Assembly: GCA_965246715.1 (NCBI GenBank)
Contig: CBDFFH010000027.1
Coordinates: 145,861-209,860 of the forward strand
DNA: 64,000 nt
Source: Chamaesiphon sp.
Lineage (GTDB): Bacteria; Cyanobacteriota; Cyanobacteriia; Cyanobacteriales; Chamaesiphonaceae
Reading direction: 5' to 3'
A program made the position numbers and the translations under genes. Under the pieces are notes generated by a model. That model did not search any database, was not told where the DNA came from, and saw only the letters and a list, made by a program, of their open reading frames with translations. This document shows positions 48,285 to 59,274 of this stretch, piece after piece (the stretch's first letter is position 1; each line of letters starts with the position of its first letter).

Positions 48285-50278
48285 TTTCATTCCCCCGCCA
48301 CTGCTCAAGGCGACGAAGTTAGATCCCTCGCTATTGGCTATTTTTGGTCTGGGATTGCTATTTGTTATCCTCAGTCTAATTCAGAGCAGAAACGGGAAAA
48401 AAGGGAAAACCGCTACCGCAAGGTGGGCGACTCCCAGCGAGATTCAACGGTGTCGCAAGCTGGCTAAAAGCGCGATCCGCAAACGTAGATTCGATAATGC
48501 TGCTTACTATATTACCGAACCGATCGGTGCGCCAGTAAGCTCCCTAGATCGGGTTTTGGGGCGAAAGTCTGGTACGAATATCATGTTTCCAGAAATCAAT
48601 CGCGGGCTATTTACTTGCGGAGGTACTGGTTGTGGCAAGACTGACAATATCATCAATCCTTGCCTACATTCGGCAATCGCTCAAGGAATGTCGATCGCTT
48701 TATTCGATGGCAAAGGTCGTGGCGGTCAATCCGAGACGTTAATTCCGCTCGCCCTCAGACATGGTTATGAAGTTAGGGTGCTAGCTCCAGGAGATCGAAT
48801 TTCCAACACTTTCAACACTTTTGATTCGATTAAAGACGAGCGAGATGTCGCTGGGGCGCGGGAGCGAGTAGCAGTACTAATCGACAATACCAGCGAAAAG
48901 GACGCGAAGAAGGACTCATTCTTCGATCCTGCGGGATCTTCGGTTTTATCTGGTGCCTTTTTACTGGCTAAGTGGGTTGCCAAAGTTGAAGGAGATCCGC
49001 TGCTCGCCAACATCTTAATGGTAAACCAGATCCTCAAGTTATCAAACCTATCCAAGCGATTGATAGCTGGTCGCGACACCATCGATCCCTGGATCTACTC
49101 TGAATTTGGAATTCTTACGGCGACTGGTAAAAAAGACGGCCAAAATAGTCCTGAAGGCAGTATTTTAGCCACAGCCATTAAAATGCTGGCTCCGCTGGTA
49201 ATACCGAATTATCTCTCGACATTTTGCGGTAAAACTACCTTTCCAGGCTTCGACCCTCAAGATCCACTCAAGGTTGATGGCAAGCAGATGGTCGTCTTTA
49301 TGCTCGATCCTGACAAATGTAGCTAGTACCGTGCCATTGATTGCGATGGCAATCCACCAAGTCGTTGCTTACAACCTCAGAGCTGGACGGCAAGAGCCAA
49401 TGGTGGTTAGTCTCGACGAGTTCCATTTACTGAATTTACCAATCGTTCTAAAATGGTTGGCTGTCGATCGTTACAACGGATCGTCGATTATCATCGGTAC
49501 TCAATACCTAAGTCAATTGGATGCTATCTATGGCAAAGACCGAGCTAGAGGCTTTTTAACTAATTGCAATACTAAAGCATGGTTTAACCCAGGCGATCCC
49601 GATACAGAACGCGCTCTCTCACAAGCCTTTGGAGAGGAAGAACTGGAGTTAAAGTCAAACTCTAAGTCTTACAACTTCGGTAAAAATAGCGGTAACAGTC
49701 GGTCGGTGAACGACCAGTTACATAAAAAGCCGCTAATTGAAGCTCACGTTATCGGTCAATTTCCCAAAGGTAAATGTATCATTCAATCTCCAGGCACGGG
49801 AGACAAAGATAATGTTAGCATCCCGTTCGTCCATCAGTTTAGCTACGATTCAAAGCAGAGTAAAGCTTTTAAGGAACGATCGCTTGCAGATTACAACGCT
49901 ATTAGAGAATTTATAATTAACGAGCGCGATCGCTCTAGACAGATCGATTTCAGTCAGGAACTATTACGATATACACAAATTCTAGAGCGACTATTGCCAT
50001 TAGGTAACGAAGTAGGAACAGAAGATTCAATATCTAACTTCGATCCATTACATGTTGTTGGTAGCGATCTCATCAATTGTTTTCAAGCTTCTGGTTTCGA
50101 TATATCTGAGTATGAAATTGAACAGGAGAAAAAATACCCGATCCCCGCAGATTTAATGGTCAAAGACGAACTCAAACCACTAACGTATACCGATCTCGGT
50201 AGACTCTTAGATTACAACAGAGCGTCGCACGAGAAACCGCCGCCGCCCATCCCCGCCGCTACGGGCGCGAATCTCTAG
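48262..50278 (+). CDS. virD4: VirD4/TraG-like type IV coupling protein (frameshift near 49316)
   Basis: N-terminal TM, ARWAT, Walker A GGTGCGKT, Walker B SLDEF, QYLSQLDAIYG, FNPGD. Confidence 0.88.
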
Positions 50279-50344
50279 ATACTATTTTTAGCTGTTGGCG
50301 GGGATTAGGCTTACGGCTGTCTGATTTTTACTTACCTTAAATTT

Positions 50345-51151
50345 ATGCTAAATGCTGCATCAACTTACGATCGAATTTACGTTAGAACCGACAAGCAATG
50401 TCTATTCGCATTAGATTGTGGGAGTACTTTTTATGTCGATCGCGATCCGCTATTGTCACAAACATATATCTCGATCCATTTAAACGATCGACCGATCTAT
50501 TTCCACGATTTAGTTGCTAATCGCACGGTTGTAGAATGTCCGATCGGGATGGCTATTTATCATAGTCACATCAAACAAATTGAGGATACGAGCGAACTTA
50601 GTGAGTTTAACGAGCGATGTGAGGTGTTTTTTGGCTGGCTGTGCGATGGCGACGGGCAAGAGATCGTACATGATGGCAAATATGACGGAAAACCTTTGTA
50701 TGTCAAGGGACAATACGCGATCGATATTGTCGAACGAGCTGGATATTCTTACTTTTATGACTACCCTCTAGCTGAATATTTATGTCTGCCGTTCGATCCA
50801 GAGAAGCTATATTTTATCCCACCACATTTTGTTAAAGATGAACTTGTCGATCTGTCACCGTCAGGGATACAGAATATTGTCGATTGGAATAGTTCTGTAG
50901 ATATTTGCAATATATTTAGCGAACCAGATCCGATAACTGGTGTCGGTCGTCTTTGTGTTTTTGGTAGCGACATCGAACAGTCTTTAGAGGCAGCAGGTTT
51001 TAGGATCGATTTCGACATTGAAGATGATAAAAAATACTATATTCCCACGAATTTAACGCTCGACGGGCGATCGAGAGCATTTAAAACTGATGATATTTGC
51101 GCTCTGGTTGCATATAACAAGACAAATACTCCCCATCAAGCTCCTTTCTAA
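50345..51151 (+). CDS. Hypothetical protein with two copies of a domain also found at the VirD4 C-terminus
   Basis: Internal repeat visible in the translation. Confidence 0.7.
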   Translation: MLNAASTYDRIYVRTDKQCLFALDCGSTFYVDRDPLLSQTYISIHLNDRPIYFHDLVANRTVVECPIGMAIYHSHIKQIEDTSELSEFNERCEVFFGWLCDGDGQEIVHDGKYDGKPLYVKGQYAIDIVERAGYSYFYDYPLAEYLCLPFDPEKLYFIPPHFVKDELVDLSPSGIQNIVDWNSSVDICNIFSEPDPITGVGRLCVFGSDIEQSLEAAGFRIDFDIEDDKKYYIPTNLTLDGRSRAFKTDDICALVAYNKTNTPHQAPF

Positions 51152-51164
51152 ATCACGAAAATAG

Positions 51165-52726
51165 ATGCAGGAAATTCATAGTCAGTCAGAACGATTATCT
51201 CAGCAGCTCAATCAGGTAGGAGCTAGCGCACTCGCTAATATGATGGCAGCATTAGTTCGGTTATCTAATCGGGAGAAGAACAAAGCTAAATCGCTACAAG
51301 TAACTCGCGCAGCACCTGCTGTTAAATCATTTACAGTATCTCGGACAAATTCACCCGCAGCAACTATGGATTCTGGATTTAAAGTTACCCGAAAAGATTC
51401 TAATCATCTCGATTTCAGCCCTAAGCAACAGGCAGAGCAATCGATCGAGCGGTTAAATAGCCTCCTGCCAGAGCGGAATTACTTTCAGCGCGATCTAGAT
51501 ATAAATGGAACTAAATATAATTTCGAGAAATATCGAGGCAGTGCGATAAATATTCAATCCCAAGATTCTAAACTGTACGCTAAACAGGGCAAAATTAGAT
51601 TTGCAGGAGATGAATCGAGATTAATTAAAGATCTCCCAGAAATCGTGGCGCGGATGGAGCGCGAATTGGATTTAGAACGTCCAAAGCAGATAAATAATCG
51701 CACTGAAGTTTTATACGGTTATGACTCAAATAATAATTTCATTGAAAAGACTCTCTCCCAAAAAGATGCCCTAGCGATTCTCGATCTGATGGAGGGTAAA
51801 GAGGGCACGACTATTGCAGGGGGAGAGAATCTTCTCATCGAATATAACGGACAAAAGCTGTTTGAAACCGACGATCGAGGTGTGGTCATTTACAGTGCTT
51901 ACGATCGCGATCCCGAACTTCTGAGCAGTATTAAACTCAAGGACGAGAAGGGACTGACCGAACTCACAAATTATGCCAAACGCATGGCGGAAAGTCCCGA
52001 TCTGGAGGCTAAAGTTAGCAAAACTGCCAATGTAGTAGTACCAAAACTACCTCAAGCAGTTAGTAGAGTGGCTCCCCAATCCCAGATCGCCAAAACGCTC
52101 GATCGTGCCGAACCGACAACAGAAGTAGATCCCAGTCAGATAGCCAGTGTTACTTACGATCGAGTGTTAAAGTCGGAATTTGCGAAAGTCCAAACCAAAA
52201 AGCTCCAAAAGCATCGCTATCGAGGGATCGGACATTCAAACTCAACCGTCAAACTACTACAGGAACCCGCTCCATTTCTGTTACCCCAAGTGAAGGTAGC
52301 AAACCCGTTCGGATTGGCGAACTCGATAAAGATGGTAACTTTACGCCAGATCCCAAACTTAACGATCCTAACGTTACTAAAGCACTCGATCGAGTCTTGG
52401 CGGCACGAGGCATCGACCCTCAACTAGTTAAAGAAACCCAACAACTTGAAATAGCCGCTCGATCGAAAGATCCTCAATACCTCCCACTCACCCAGGAAAA
52501 CGCGCCCAACCCCACGCCAAGTATTGGCAACTCCCCTGAATTAGCCACTGCTGGTAACGCTCCAAGTGTTAATACACCCAAACCCAAGCCGAAGACTAGA
52601 AATAACTCACCTGAATTAGCTACTGCTGGTAACGCTCTAGAAGTCAGCACGTCCAACTCCACTCTAAATATCGATAATGACTCGCCTGAGTTAGCTTCTG
52701 CCCCTGCCAACGGCTCCAGGCGTTAG
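51165..52726 (+). CDS. Hypothetical protein (frameshift near 52210) with C-terminal NSPELATAGNA repeats
   Basis: Overlapping ORFs; three repeats at ~52529, 52604 and 52679. Confidence 0.6.
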
Positions 52727-52826
52727 CGTTCCGACTCGTGGCGAAAAAGAAGCCGTGCGAGTCCCATCAAGCGGCGGCACTCCCGAAAGATCGCGCCCAG
52801 AACCCAGAAGTATCCCAGAGCCGATA

Positions 52827-54278
52827 ATGTCACAAGATCTTAGCCAGCTAATGTCCCAGCACCGGATAATCTTGGTGCGCTGCAATCCACTCGATCGCGA
52901 ATGGATCGTCAGCACTCATCTGAGCGACTGCCAGCGGTGGCGATTGAATGTGGCGATTGCCAACGATGCGATCGCTTCCCCATTTGGGCTGCTGCTCGAT
53001 GCCATTCGGAATGTAATCGAGGGCAACTTCATTTTTGATAATTACTTAACCTTCGTTGCCACCCTCGCGCCGTGGGAGCGGCAACTCATCTACGAGCAGT
53101 TCGCCGATCTTTACTCCCTGTGCCAGGATCGTTATCGGCTGGTGCTATTACAGACAGACGATACTCCGTTGCCGATCGAATTGGCAAGATTTATCCACGA
53201 ATATCATTGGAAACTGCCGAATGCGGCGGAAATTACCGAGCTATTTGGTGAATACAACTTGAGCCGAGCGAGCGTAATCTCCGACTGGCATCGGGGCTAG
53301 CTTATCAAGATCTCAAGCTCGCACTGCAACAATCGGGTGAGAGTCCAGAACCGGAACTATATTTAGAAACATACCGCAACGCCCGTTTATCTCTAATGGG
53401 GGTTAAATACGATCCGCCTCCAGCTTTTAAAGAAATTGCGGGATTGGATGAATTGGTTCTGGCGATCGATAAGCTGAAATTTAGATTCAGTCAACAGGCG
53501 ATCGATCTTGGGCTGCCATACCCAAAAGGTTGGCTCTTAGTGGGCATACCAGGAACGGGGAAGACTTACTTCAGCCAGATCGATTGCTTCCGCCCTGGGC
53601 TACCCAATGTTATCGCTGGAGATCGATAAAGTCAAAGTCGGCGGTTTGACGGCAATGGCAAGGGTTCTAGAGATCGCTCGTGTCTGCGCTCCTTGTATAT
53701 TTTACATGGATGAGATCGAGAAACTATTTACCAGGGATGATAAGCCGCTCCTATCCTTCTACTATTGACTTGGCTTCAAGATAAAACCTTTCCAGTTTTT
53801 GTCATCGGCACTCTCAATCGGATTGAAGACTTGCCCGTTGAAGCTACTCGTGCTGGTCAGATTTGATGCTGTCTGGGAGGTCGATTCTCCCGATGCCGAA
53901 TCGCGTTTGAATTTATTCTTACTGTTTCTCAAGCGATTCGATTCTAGATTCAAGGACGATCTGGTTTTTGATAAATATGAATGGCAAGGCATTCTCGATG
54001 AAACGATCGAGTATGTCGGTGCAGAAATCGAACAAATCGTTATCGATACAATTGCCAGAGTTAAAGAGTGCGATCCTAACGGCGAAGTCACAGCCAGAGA
54101 TTTACTTGAGGAAGCAATGGAGTTTCATTGCATGTTCGAGCGCAATTCCAAACAAATTGTCACGATCAGAAACTCCATCCGCGAATTAGCCAAGCCCTCT
54201 CATTCAAAAAAACAGAGTATTCTTGCACCTCGGAATTTCGATCCTTACCGACCTGCAAAAATAACCTCATCAAATTAA
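52827..54278 (+). CDS. AAA+ ATPase (Ycf46-like), multiply frameshifted
   Basis: IAGLDEL, PKGWLLVGIPGTGKT, FYMDEIEK in a shifted frame, RFDAVWEVDSPD. Confidence 0.7.
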
Positions 54279-54303
54279 CAAACTACATCATACTTGACGC
54301 AAA

Positions 54304-54951
54304 ATGGTTACACTTAAAAATAAAAACGGTGGTGAACCTAGCAAGTCTCCATTTAATAGTTATCTCGATGCGATCGATCGGAAAGAAGCATTAGCTAATA
54401 TCGACAAGCTCGTTAACAGCCGCGAATTATCTACCGATGATGAGATCTATCATATAACTGGGACTATCGCCCAAATCGAGAAAATTAGCGAGTATCTGCA
54501 TGTGGTTACTTCCGCAGTGCCTCAAGCAATTCAGGTGTTACTTGAAGAGGAGCGGCAACAACGTCAGCTTGCATCTTCAGCGAGCGATACTCGGCAGGAG
54601 CAACTATTTGAAAGACTTGATAAAGACCGCGAAACTTATCGCGACTTAACCAAACAAGCTATCGAACGTAGTGGAAAGAATATTAATACTAGACTCAGGA
54701 GTTTGTGTTGGTGTCTGGGTGGATTCTCAATCGGCATGGTAGCTACGTCATTGCTGGCATATTTTGTAGTCTTTCCTCAACAATTAAGATTAGCCAGAGG
54801 TTCTGATGGCGCGATGTTGGAATGGTTGAGTACAACTGACGGCAAGATTCTTCGTCGTGCTTTTGTGTCTGAGAATAGATCGGTAGAAGAATGTATCCGT
54901 AAAGGGTTAAAAAAGACTGGTAAAACTGTTTGTATGCTGGAGATTAAGTAA
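54304..54951 (+). CDS. Plasmid mobilisation-associated membrane protein (DUF6753-like)
   Basis: Coiled coil plus one TM helix and WLSTTDGK; adjacent to the ParA/MobD-like gene. Confidence 0.45.
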   Translation: MVTLKNKNGGEPSKSPFNSYLDAIDRKEALANIDKLVNSRELSTDDEIYHITGTIAQIEKISEYLHVVTSAVPQAIQVLLEEERQQRQLASSASDTRQEQLFERLDKDRETYRDLTKQAIERSGKNINTRLRSLCWCLGGFSIGMVATSLLAYFVVFPQQLRLARGSDGAMLEWLSTTDGKILRRAFVSENRSVEECIRKGLKKTGKTVCMLEIK

Positions 54952-54952
54952 T

Positions 54953-55843
54953 ATGGGGAGTACCAACAAAGAAGAGCATTCCGATCCAATAGTCGCCGAA
55001 GATTCCAGCATCTCGACGCTACATCTTTGCAATGGATTTTTAGGAGGAGCTGGCAAATCTACGCTCGCACGGATATTTTGCGAACGGTTTATCAAGCTAG
55101 GGCGATTATTTACCTTAATCGATGCCGATCCTAATTATAATGTAGCGCGTGCTTACGATCGAGAAACTGTGGCTCTTTGGCAGCAAAAGGATGTTAAGTC
55201 TTCCATCAGCTCGATTGGTAGTCGATTCGGTCGATCGTTAGCAGATAAAGTGGATGTTGTAAAAGTAGAATCAAACCTACTTAGCGAACAAATTATCTTC
55301 TCTAAAGATGCTAAGTTTAGCTATTTAGGCGATCGCTTATTAGATATTATTTACAGTGTCCAGCGGGATCTAATTGTTTCACTTCCAGCAAACGATGGTA
55401 TCGATCTTTGGCTCGATAGTAATAATATCAATGGGCTGATGGAGAGCGGATCGCCACCATTTAAAGTTGTAAATTGGTGGTGTAGCTTTGGGAGCGGCAC
55501 ATCACAACAGATGTTCGTCGATTTTGTTACCAAATATCCCAATGTTCAGCATGTCTGCGTATTTAACTTAGGTATAACTAGCGCGGTTCCTAACTGGGAT
55601 CGGTTCGATCCGCTACCAACACTAGACAAACTCTCTCAAGATGGAAAAGTTAAGATCGCAAATATCCTGCCGTGGCTCGCAGATCCGGCAATTCTGGAAG
55701 CGGTAGATCTCGGTACGCCGTTACATGAAATTGTCAAGAATGGGTATAACGGGAAGCAACTCAATCCGATCGTGAAACTGAAAATAGATAAATGGTTGGA
55801 GGATAATTGGCAATCTTTTAGGAATACGGGGTATTTGCCTTGA
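54953..55843 (+). CDS. ParA/MinD-fold P-loop protein (MobD-like)
   Basis: GFLGGAGKST, LIDADP, IVSLPA. Confidence 0.7.
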   Translation: MGSTNKEEHSDPIVAEDSSISTLHLCNGFLGGAGKSTLARIFCERFIKLGRLFTLIDADPNYNVARAYDRETVALWQQKDVKSSISSIGSRFGRSLADKVDVVKVESNLLSEQIIFSKDAKFSYLGDRLLDIIYSVQRDLIVSLPANDGIDLWLDSNNINGLMESGSPPFKVVNWWCSFGSGTSQQMFVDFVTKYPNVQHVCVFNLGITSAVPNWDRFDPLPTLDKLSQDGKVKIANILPWLADPAILEAVDLGTPLHEIVKNGYNGKQLNPIVKLKIDKWLEDNWQSFRNTGYLP

Positions 55844-56427
55844 TTAATTATGTTTCGTCAGGGGGAGAATCGGTCGAGCGGGCTTTGCAAACTCTGCTGA
55901 CGTGTTATGGAGCCTCCTATCAACGGCATGTATTTCATAAGCTCCCTGACTGGCAATTAGATGAGTTGATGTGCGACCATCGAGTTCATACGATCGTGTC
56001 TGAGTGCGATCCAGTCAGATTTAATATTTATCTCGAACGTCTACCTCTGAGTATCGATACTCGCGCTCACTGGTGGCAAATTCTCCCCCCATGTCATCGG
56101 GATTTACAAAAGATTGTTTCCTTAGTAGCAGGATTTACTACTAAATATAAGCACTTAAAATACACCTTTTTGTTGAGTCAAGCTTACGCAGCAGACGTAT
56201 GGAAGACGATTTTTACTAGGGTCGATTCTCTGACGCTAAAAACGATCGGACAAAAAAATATACTAGTCAGACTACCCGATATCGATCTTCAAAAACTCAA
56301 TTATACAGCCCACAATCGACAGGTACGCAGTTGTCTGATTTATCCCCGTTCCGATCGATCTACCAATGCTAAAGTTGCCGAGCTTTTGTCCACGATTGGT
56401 CAAGTTCAACCGTTTTTTCATTATTAA
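55840..56427 (+). CDS. Hypothetical protein, probable degenerate paralog of the preceding gene
   Basis: HWW..FTTKYKHLKY aligns with NWW..FVTKYPNVQH. Confidence 0.55.
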   Translation: MINYVSSGGESVERALQTLLTCYGASYQRHVFHKLPDWQLDELMCDHRVHTIVSECDPVRFNIYLERLPLSIDTRAHWWQILPPCHRDLQKIVSLVAGFTTKYKHLKYTFLLSQAYAADVWKTIFTRVDSLTLKTIGQKNILVRLPDIDLQKLNYTAHNRQVRSCLIYPRSDRSTNAKVAELLSTIGQVQPFFHY

Positions 56428-56709
56428 ATTTCATTTTTAATTATTCTCTCGCTGGGTGGTTGATGTGATACGATTTAGTAGTGCCTATGTTGAAAAAAAT
56501 ATTGTTTTTGAGAACGATCGAGTAATCGATTGCGATCGGTACGAGGATGTTTTACTAGACCGAATTATCGCGATCGCATCAATCAAAAACGGGTAGGGCA
56601 GCGGATCGAAAAACAGCATCAAATTTTGGTGTCCTCTGTTAATTATGGGGTATTGCGATCGCTAGCGTTAATATCTATTTTAATTTTGAAGTTTTATTTG
56701 GGGGTTGTC

Positions 56710-57099
56710 ATGACAATTTGGATTAATGATAATTTGCCAGAAAGTTGGCTGTGTCAAGATAATTTGAGCTTGACAATCGTACCGACGACAATTGAAGAAA
56801 TTCGCACTAACTGCTTTAAATACGACTCGCAAGGCGAGGAATCTCCAATAATTACAGCGACAGTAATAATGGGAAATTCAGTTATTTGCGACGCTTTTGC
56901 CAGAGTAATTTGGCAGGGAGAATTAGCGATCCCAACAATTCCCCCCAGTTTGATTTGGTACGATCCGCCAGTTAGTGGAGATGTTGCCTTTTTAGGTATT
57001 GGTGATATCTCGAATAGAGTGTTGGCAGGCTACTCGGACTTTCCTCAAGCTACTTGGCTGAAAGTAACATTCCTCGATCTCGTTAGTGATGAATGCTAG
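56710..57099 (+). CDS. Hypothetical protein
   Basis: ATG at 56710 after a GGGGG RBS-like run. Confidence 0.5.
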   Translation: MTIWINDNLPESWLCQDNLSLTIVPTTIEEIRTNCFKYDSQGEESPIITATVIMGNSVICDAFARVIWQGELAIPTIPPSLIWYDPPVSGDVAFLGIGDISNRVLAGYSDFPQATWLKVTFLDLVSDEC

Positions 57100-57632
57100 A
57101 GATTAGCGGGATGTTGGGGCGGGATTGTTGGTAATTTTCCAATTTTGAGCCATTCAACCATGAGATAGGGATGAACGATTTGTAAGTTATGTGCCGCACC
57201 ATAGTAGAACGAATGACGCTCTGGAATGGCAACCGAGGTGTCTCGCTCGACGATAAAATCTCTAAAATTGGCAGTGACTAAAAAATCTGCCCTACCTCCA
57301 ATCGCAGTTTCGAGAACATGAGCGTCTTCTGTATCTCTCAAAGCAATAACTCCCGTACCGCCCAAAGTCAACTGCGTTCCCAGTCTGGCGTATTCTTCGA
57401 TCGCCATTGTATAGCTGGTAGCGGTTTCTTCGCTCAAGTTTAAATGCTCGATGATGACAGATCTGAGTTCGTCCAACATTCCCCAAGAAATTACCAAGCT
57501 AATCGAGCCAGCCGGAGAATTACCGCTCCTGACTACTTCGACGAGATACTGGGATGCCGTGTTATTTCTACCTTTGCCGTCGGCGAGTAAAGCTGCCACC
57601 CAAATATTCAAATCCAGACACAACCGTAACAT
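57096..57632 (-). CDS. PIN-domain toxin
   Basis: LCLDLNIWVA, DTEDAHVLETA, LVTANFRDF. Confidence 0.85.
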   Translation of the reverse strand: MLRLCLDLNIWVAALLADGKGRNNTASQYLVEVVRSGNSPAGSISLVISWGMLDELRSVIIEHLNLSEETATSYTMAIEEYARLGTQLTLGGTGVIALRDTEDAHVLETAIGGRADFLVTANFRDFIVERDTSVAIPERHSFYYGAAHNLQIVHPYLMVEWLKIGKLPTIPPQHPANL

Positions 57633-57634
57633 CA

Positions 57635-57982
57635 CTATTTTGACTTGGTGATGCGAACGGCAGCGGCGAGAATGTCGTCCTCAGTTGCCAATGGCTCTAG
57701 ATGTTCGAGCTGCATTTGGGCGATCGCCTGTTCGCGCGCTGTTTCGTATTGAAGATCGACGATCGTGCGGCTAATTTTATCCATCAAGGTTTTCAGTTCT
57801 CGATCGGAACCAGTGGTGCTGATTTTCAGCCAAGCTGCTCGCGCTTGTGGGGGAAGTTCGACGAACAGTTCCAACGCCATCGCGACGATTTGCGAGCGGT
57901 TGCGTCGCTCGGATTTCGCGATCGCATCGATCCGCTCGGCAATTTCTGTACTGGTATGGGCAGAGACGGTGGTTGCTGACAT
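57635..57982 (-). CDS. Ribbon-helix-helix antitoxin
   Basis: TVSAH...AERIDAIAKSERRNRSQIVAMAL; directly upstream of the PIN gene. Confidence 0.8.
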   Translation of the reverse strand: MSATTVSAHTSTEIAERIDAIAKSERRNRSQIVAMALELFVELPPQARAAWLKISTTGSDRELKTLMDKISRTIVDLQYETAREQAIAQMQLEHLEPLATEDDILAAAVRITKSK

Positions 57983-58054
57983 GGTTTGGATATATTTCTA
58001 TAGCTCCTATAGAAATTATAGGTAAAATAGGATTAAATTGCCAAGGTATCGAGT

Positions 58055-58336
58055 ATGTCTTCTAATTTACGGGCAGAAAGGATAGATATTCGTCTTTCCG
58101 CAACTGCGAAGAGGTTGTTGCAGGCTGCGGCACAATCTCGTCATAAAACCCTCAGTGAATTCGTACTGGATACCGCTCTGACAGAAGCAGAAAGTACTCT
58201 GGCCGAACGACGACAATTTAGTCTCAACGATGAAGAATGGGATGCTTTCCAGGCAGCTCTTGATGCTCCGCCTCGTACTCATCCCCGTCTGCAACAACTG
58301 CTAAATACGCCCAGTGTGTTCGATCGATGTCCATAG
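58055..58336 (+). CDS. DUF1778 (TacA-like) antitoxin
   Basis: RIDIRLS...LQAAA...TLSEFVL...WDAFQAALDAPP. Confidence 0.9.
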   Translation: MSSNLRAERIDIRLSATAKRLLQAAAQSRHKTLSEFVLDTALTEAESTLAERRQFSLNDEEWDAFQAALDAPPRTHPRLQQLLNTPSVFDRCP

Positions 58337-58842
58337 CCACAGACGATTCTCAGCCAAGGATCGAAAAACTTACATCTGGGCAACCGATCGCCGAATTTGA
58401 TTGTGGAGTAGAGGCACTAAATCAGTTTTTACACCGATACGCATCCCAAAATCAAAAGAAAGATAGTGCCCAAACTTGGCTGGCATTAATTGGCGAACGG
58501 GTGGTTGGTTATTACACTCTAACGGTGGGAGAAATCACGCATTCAGAGTCACCAGAAGGATTGAGTAAAGGGCTGGCACGTTACCCGATCCCCGTGATGA
58601 TCTTGGCGCGGTTGGCTGTAGATAATCGTTTTCAAGGGCAAGAGCTACGACAAGGTTTATTGTTGGATGCTTTGCGTCGAACCGTAAATGCCGCTGACAT
58701 TGCTGGAATTAGGGCGATGCTCGTTCATGCTAAAGATGAGACTGCGGGCAAGTTTTATGGTCATTTTGGGTTCGAGCCATTTCCAGCCTCGCCATTAACT
58801 ATGTATAAGTTGCTCAAGGATATTAGGGCGATGATGGGTTGA
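58327..58842 (+). CDS. GNAT acetyltransferase toxin (TacT/AtaT-like)
   Basis: FDCGVEALN, ILARLAVD, LVHAKDE, FYGHFGF. Confidence 0.9.
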   Translation: MSIATDDSQPRIEKLTSGQPIAEFDCGVEALNQFLHRYASQNQKKDSAQTWLALIGERVVGYYTLTVGEITHSESPEGLSKGLARYPIPVMILARLAVDNRFQGQELRQGLLLDALRRTVNAADIAGIRAMLVHAKDETAGKFYGHFGFEPFPASPLTMYKLLKDIRAMMG

Positions 58843-58944
58843 TGCTATTAGCATCGCTATTCTGCCTTGATAAAGCAAAAAAGTCCAATTTGGAATAGAG
58901 ATTTCTGCTCGATCGTCACACACTCGATAACCAATTTAATCATA

Positions 58945-59270
58945 ATGCCAGAGCTAGATCTTACTCTCATTTCTCCCGATCGCTTGCCCAATGCTGTAAT
59001 CGATTTAGAGCGATTAGTCACCGGACTAACCGTTGCCGTCCCGATTTATGATTTTGCTAGCCACACCCGCACTGGTTCGCGAATTTGCCAACCCGCTTCG
59101 ATTATCATCGTCGAGGGGATTTTTGCTTTTTCTCACCCATTGCTACTGCAACGATTCAACCTCAAGGTTTGGGTGGAGGCTGCCGATTCTACTCGTTATC
59201 AACGGCGTTTGGAGCGAGAGGTCGCACTTAGGGGTCGGGATGTTATTGAGGTTACACTCTCGAGCTGCTC
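58945..59270 (+). pseudogene. Uridine kinase internal fragment
   Basis: PIYDFASHTR, IIVEGIFA, RYQRRLEREV; no P-loop. Confidence 0.7.
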
Positions 59271-59274
59271 TTTA

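Noticed and set aside
52529..52711. Mini CRISPR array (repeat plus variable linker)
   Set aside because: Repeats are in frame, vary mainly at third codon positions, are non-palindromic, and have no cas genes nearby
56428..56700. oriT candidate
   Set aside because: No recognisable nic motif or clear inverted repeat, and no relaxase to anchor the call
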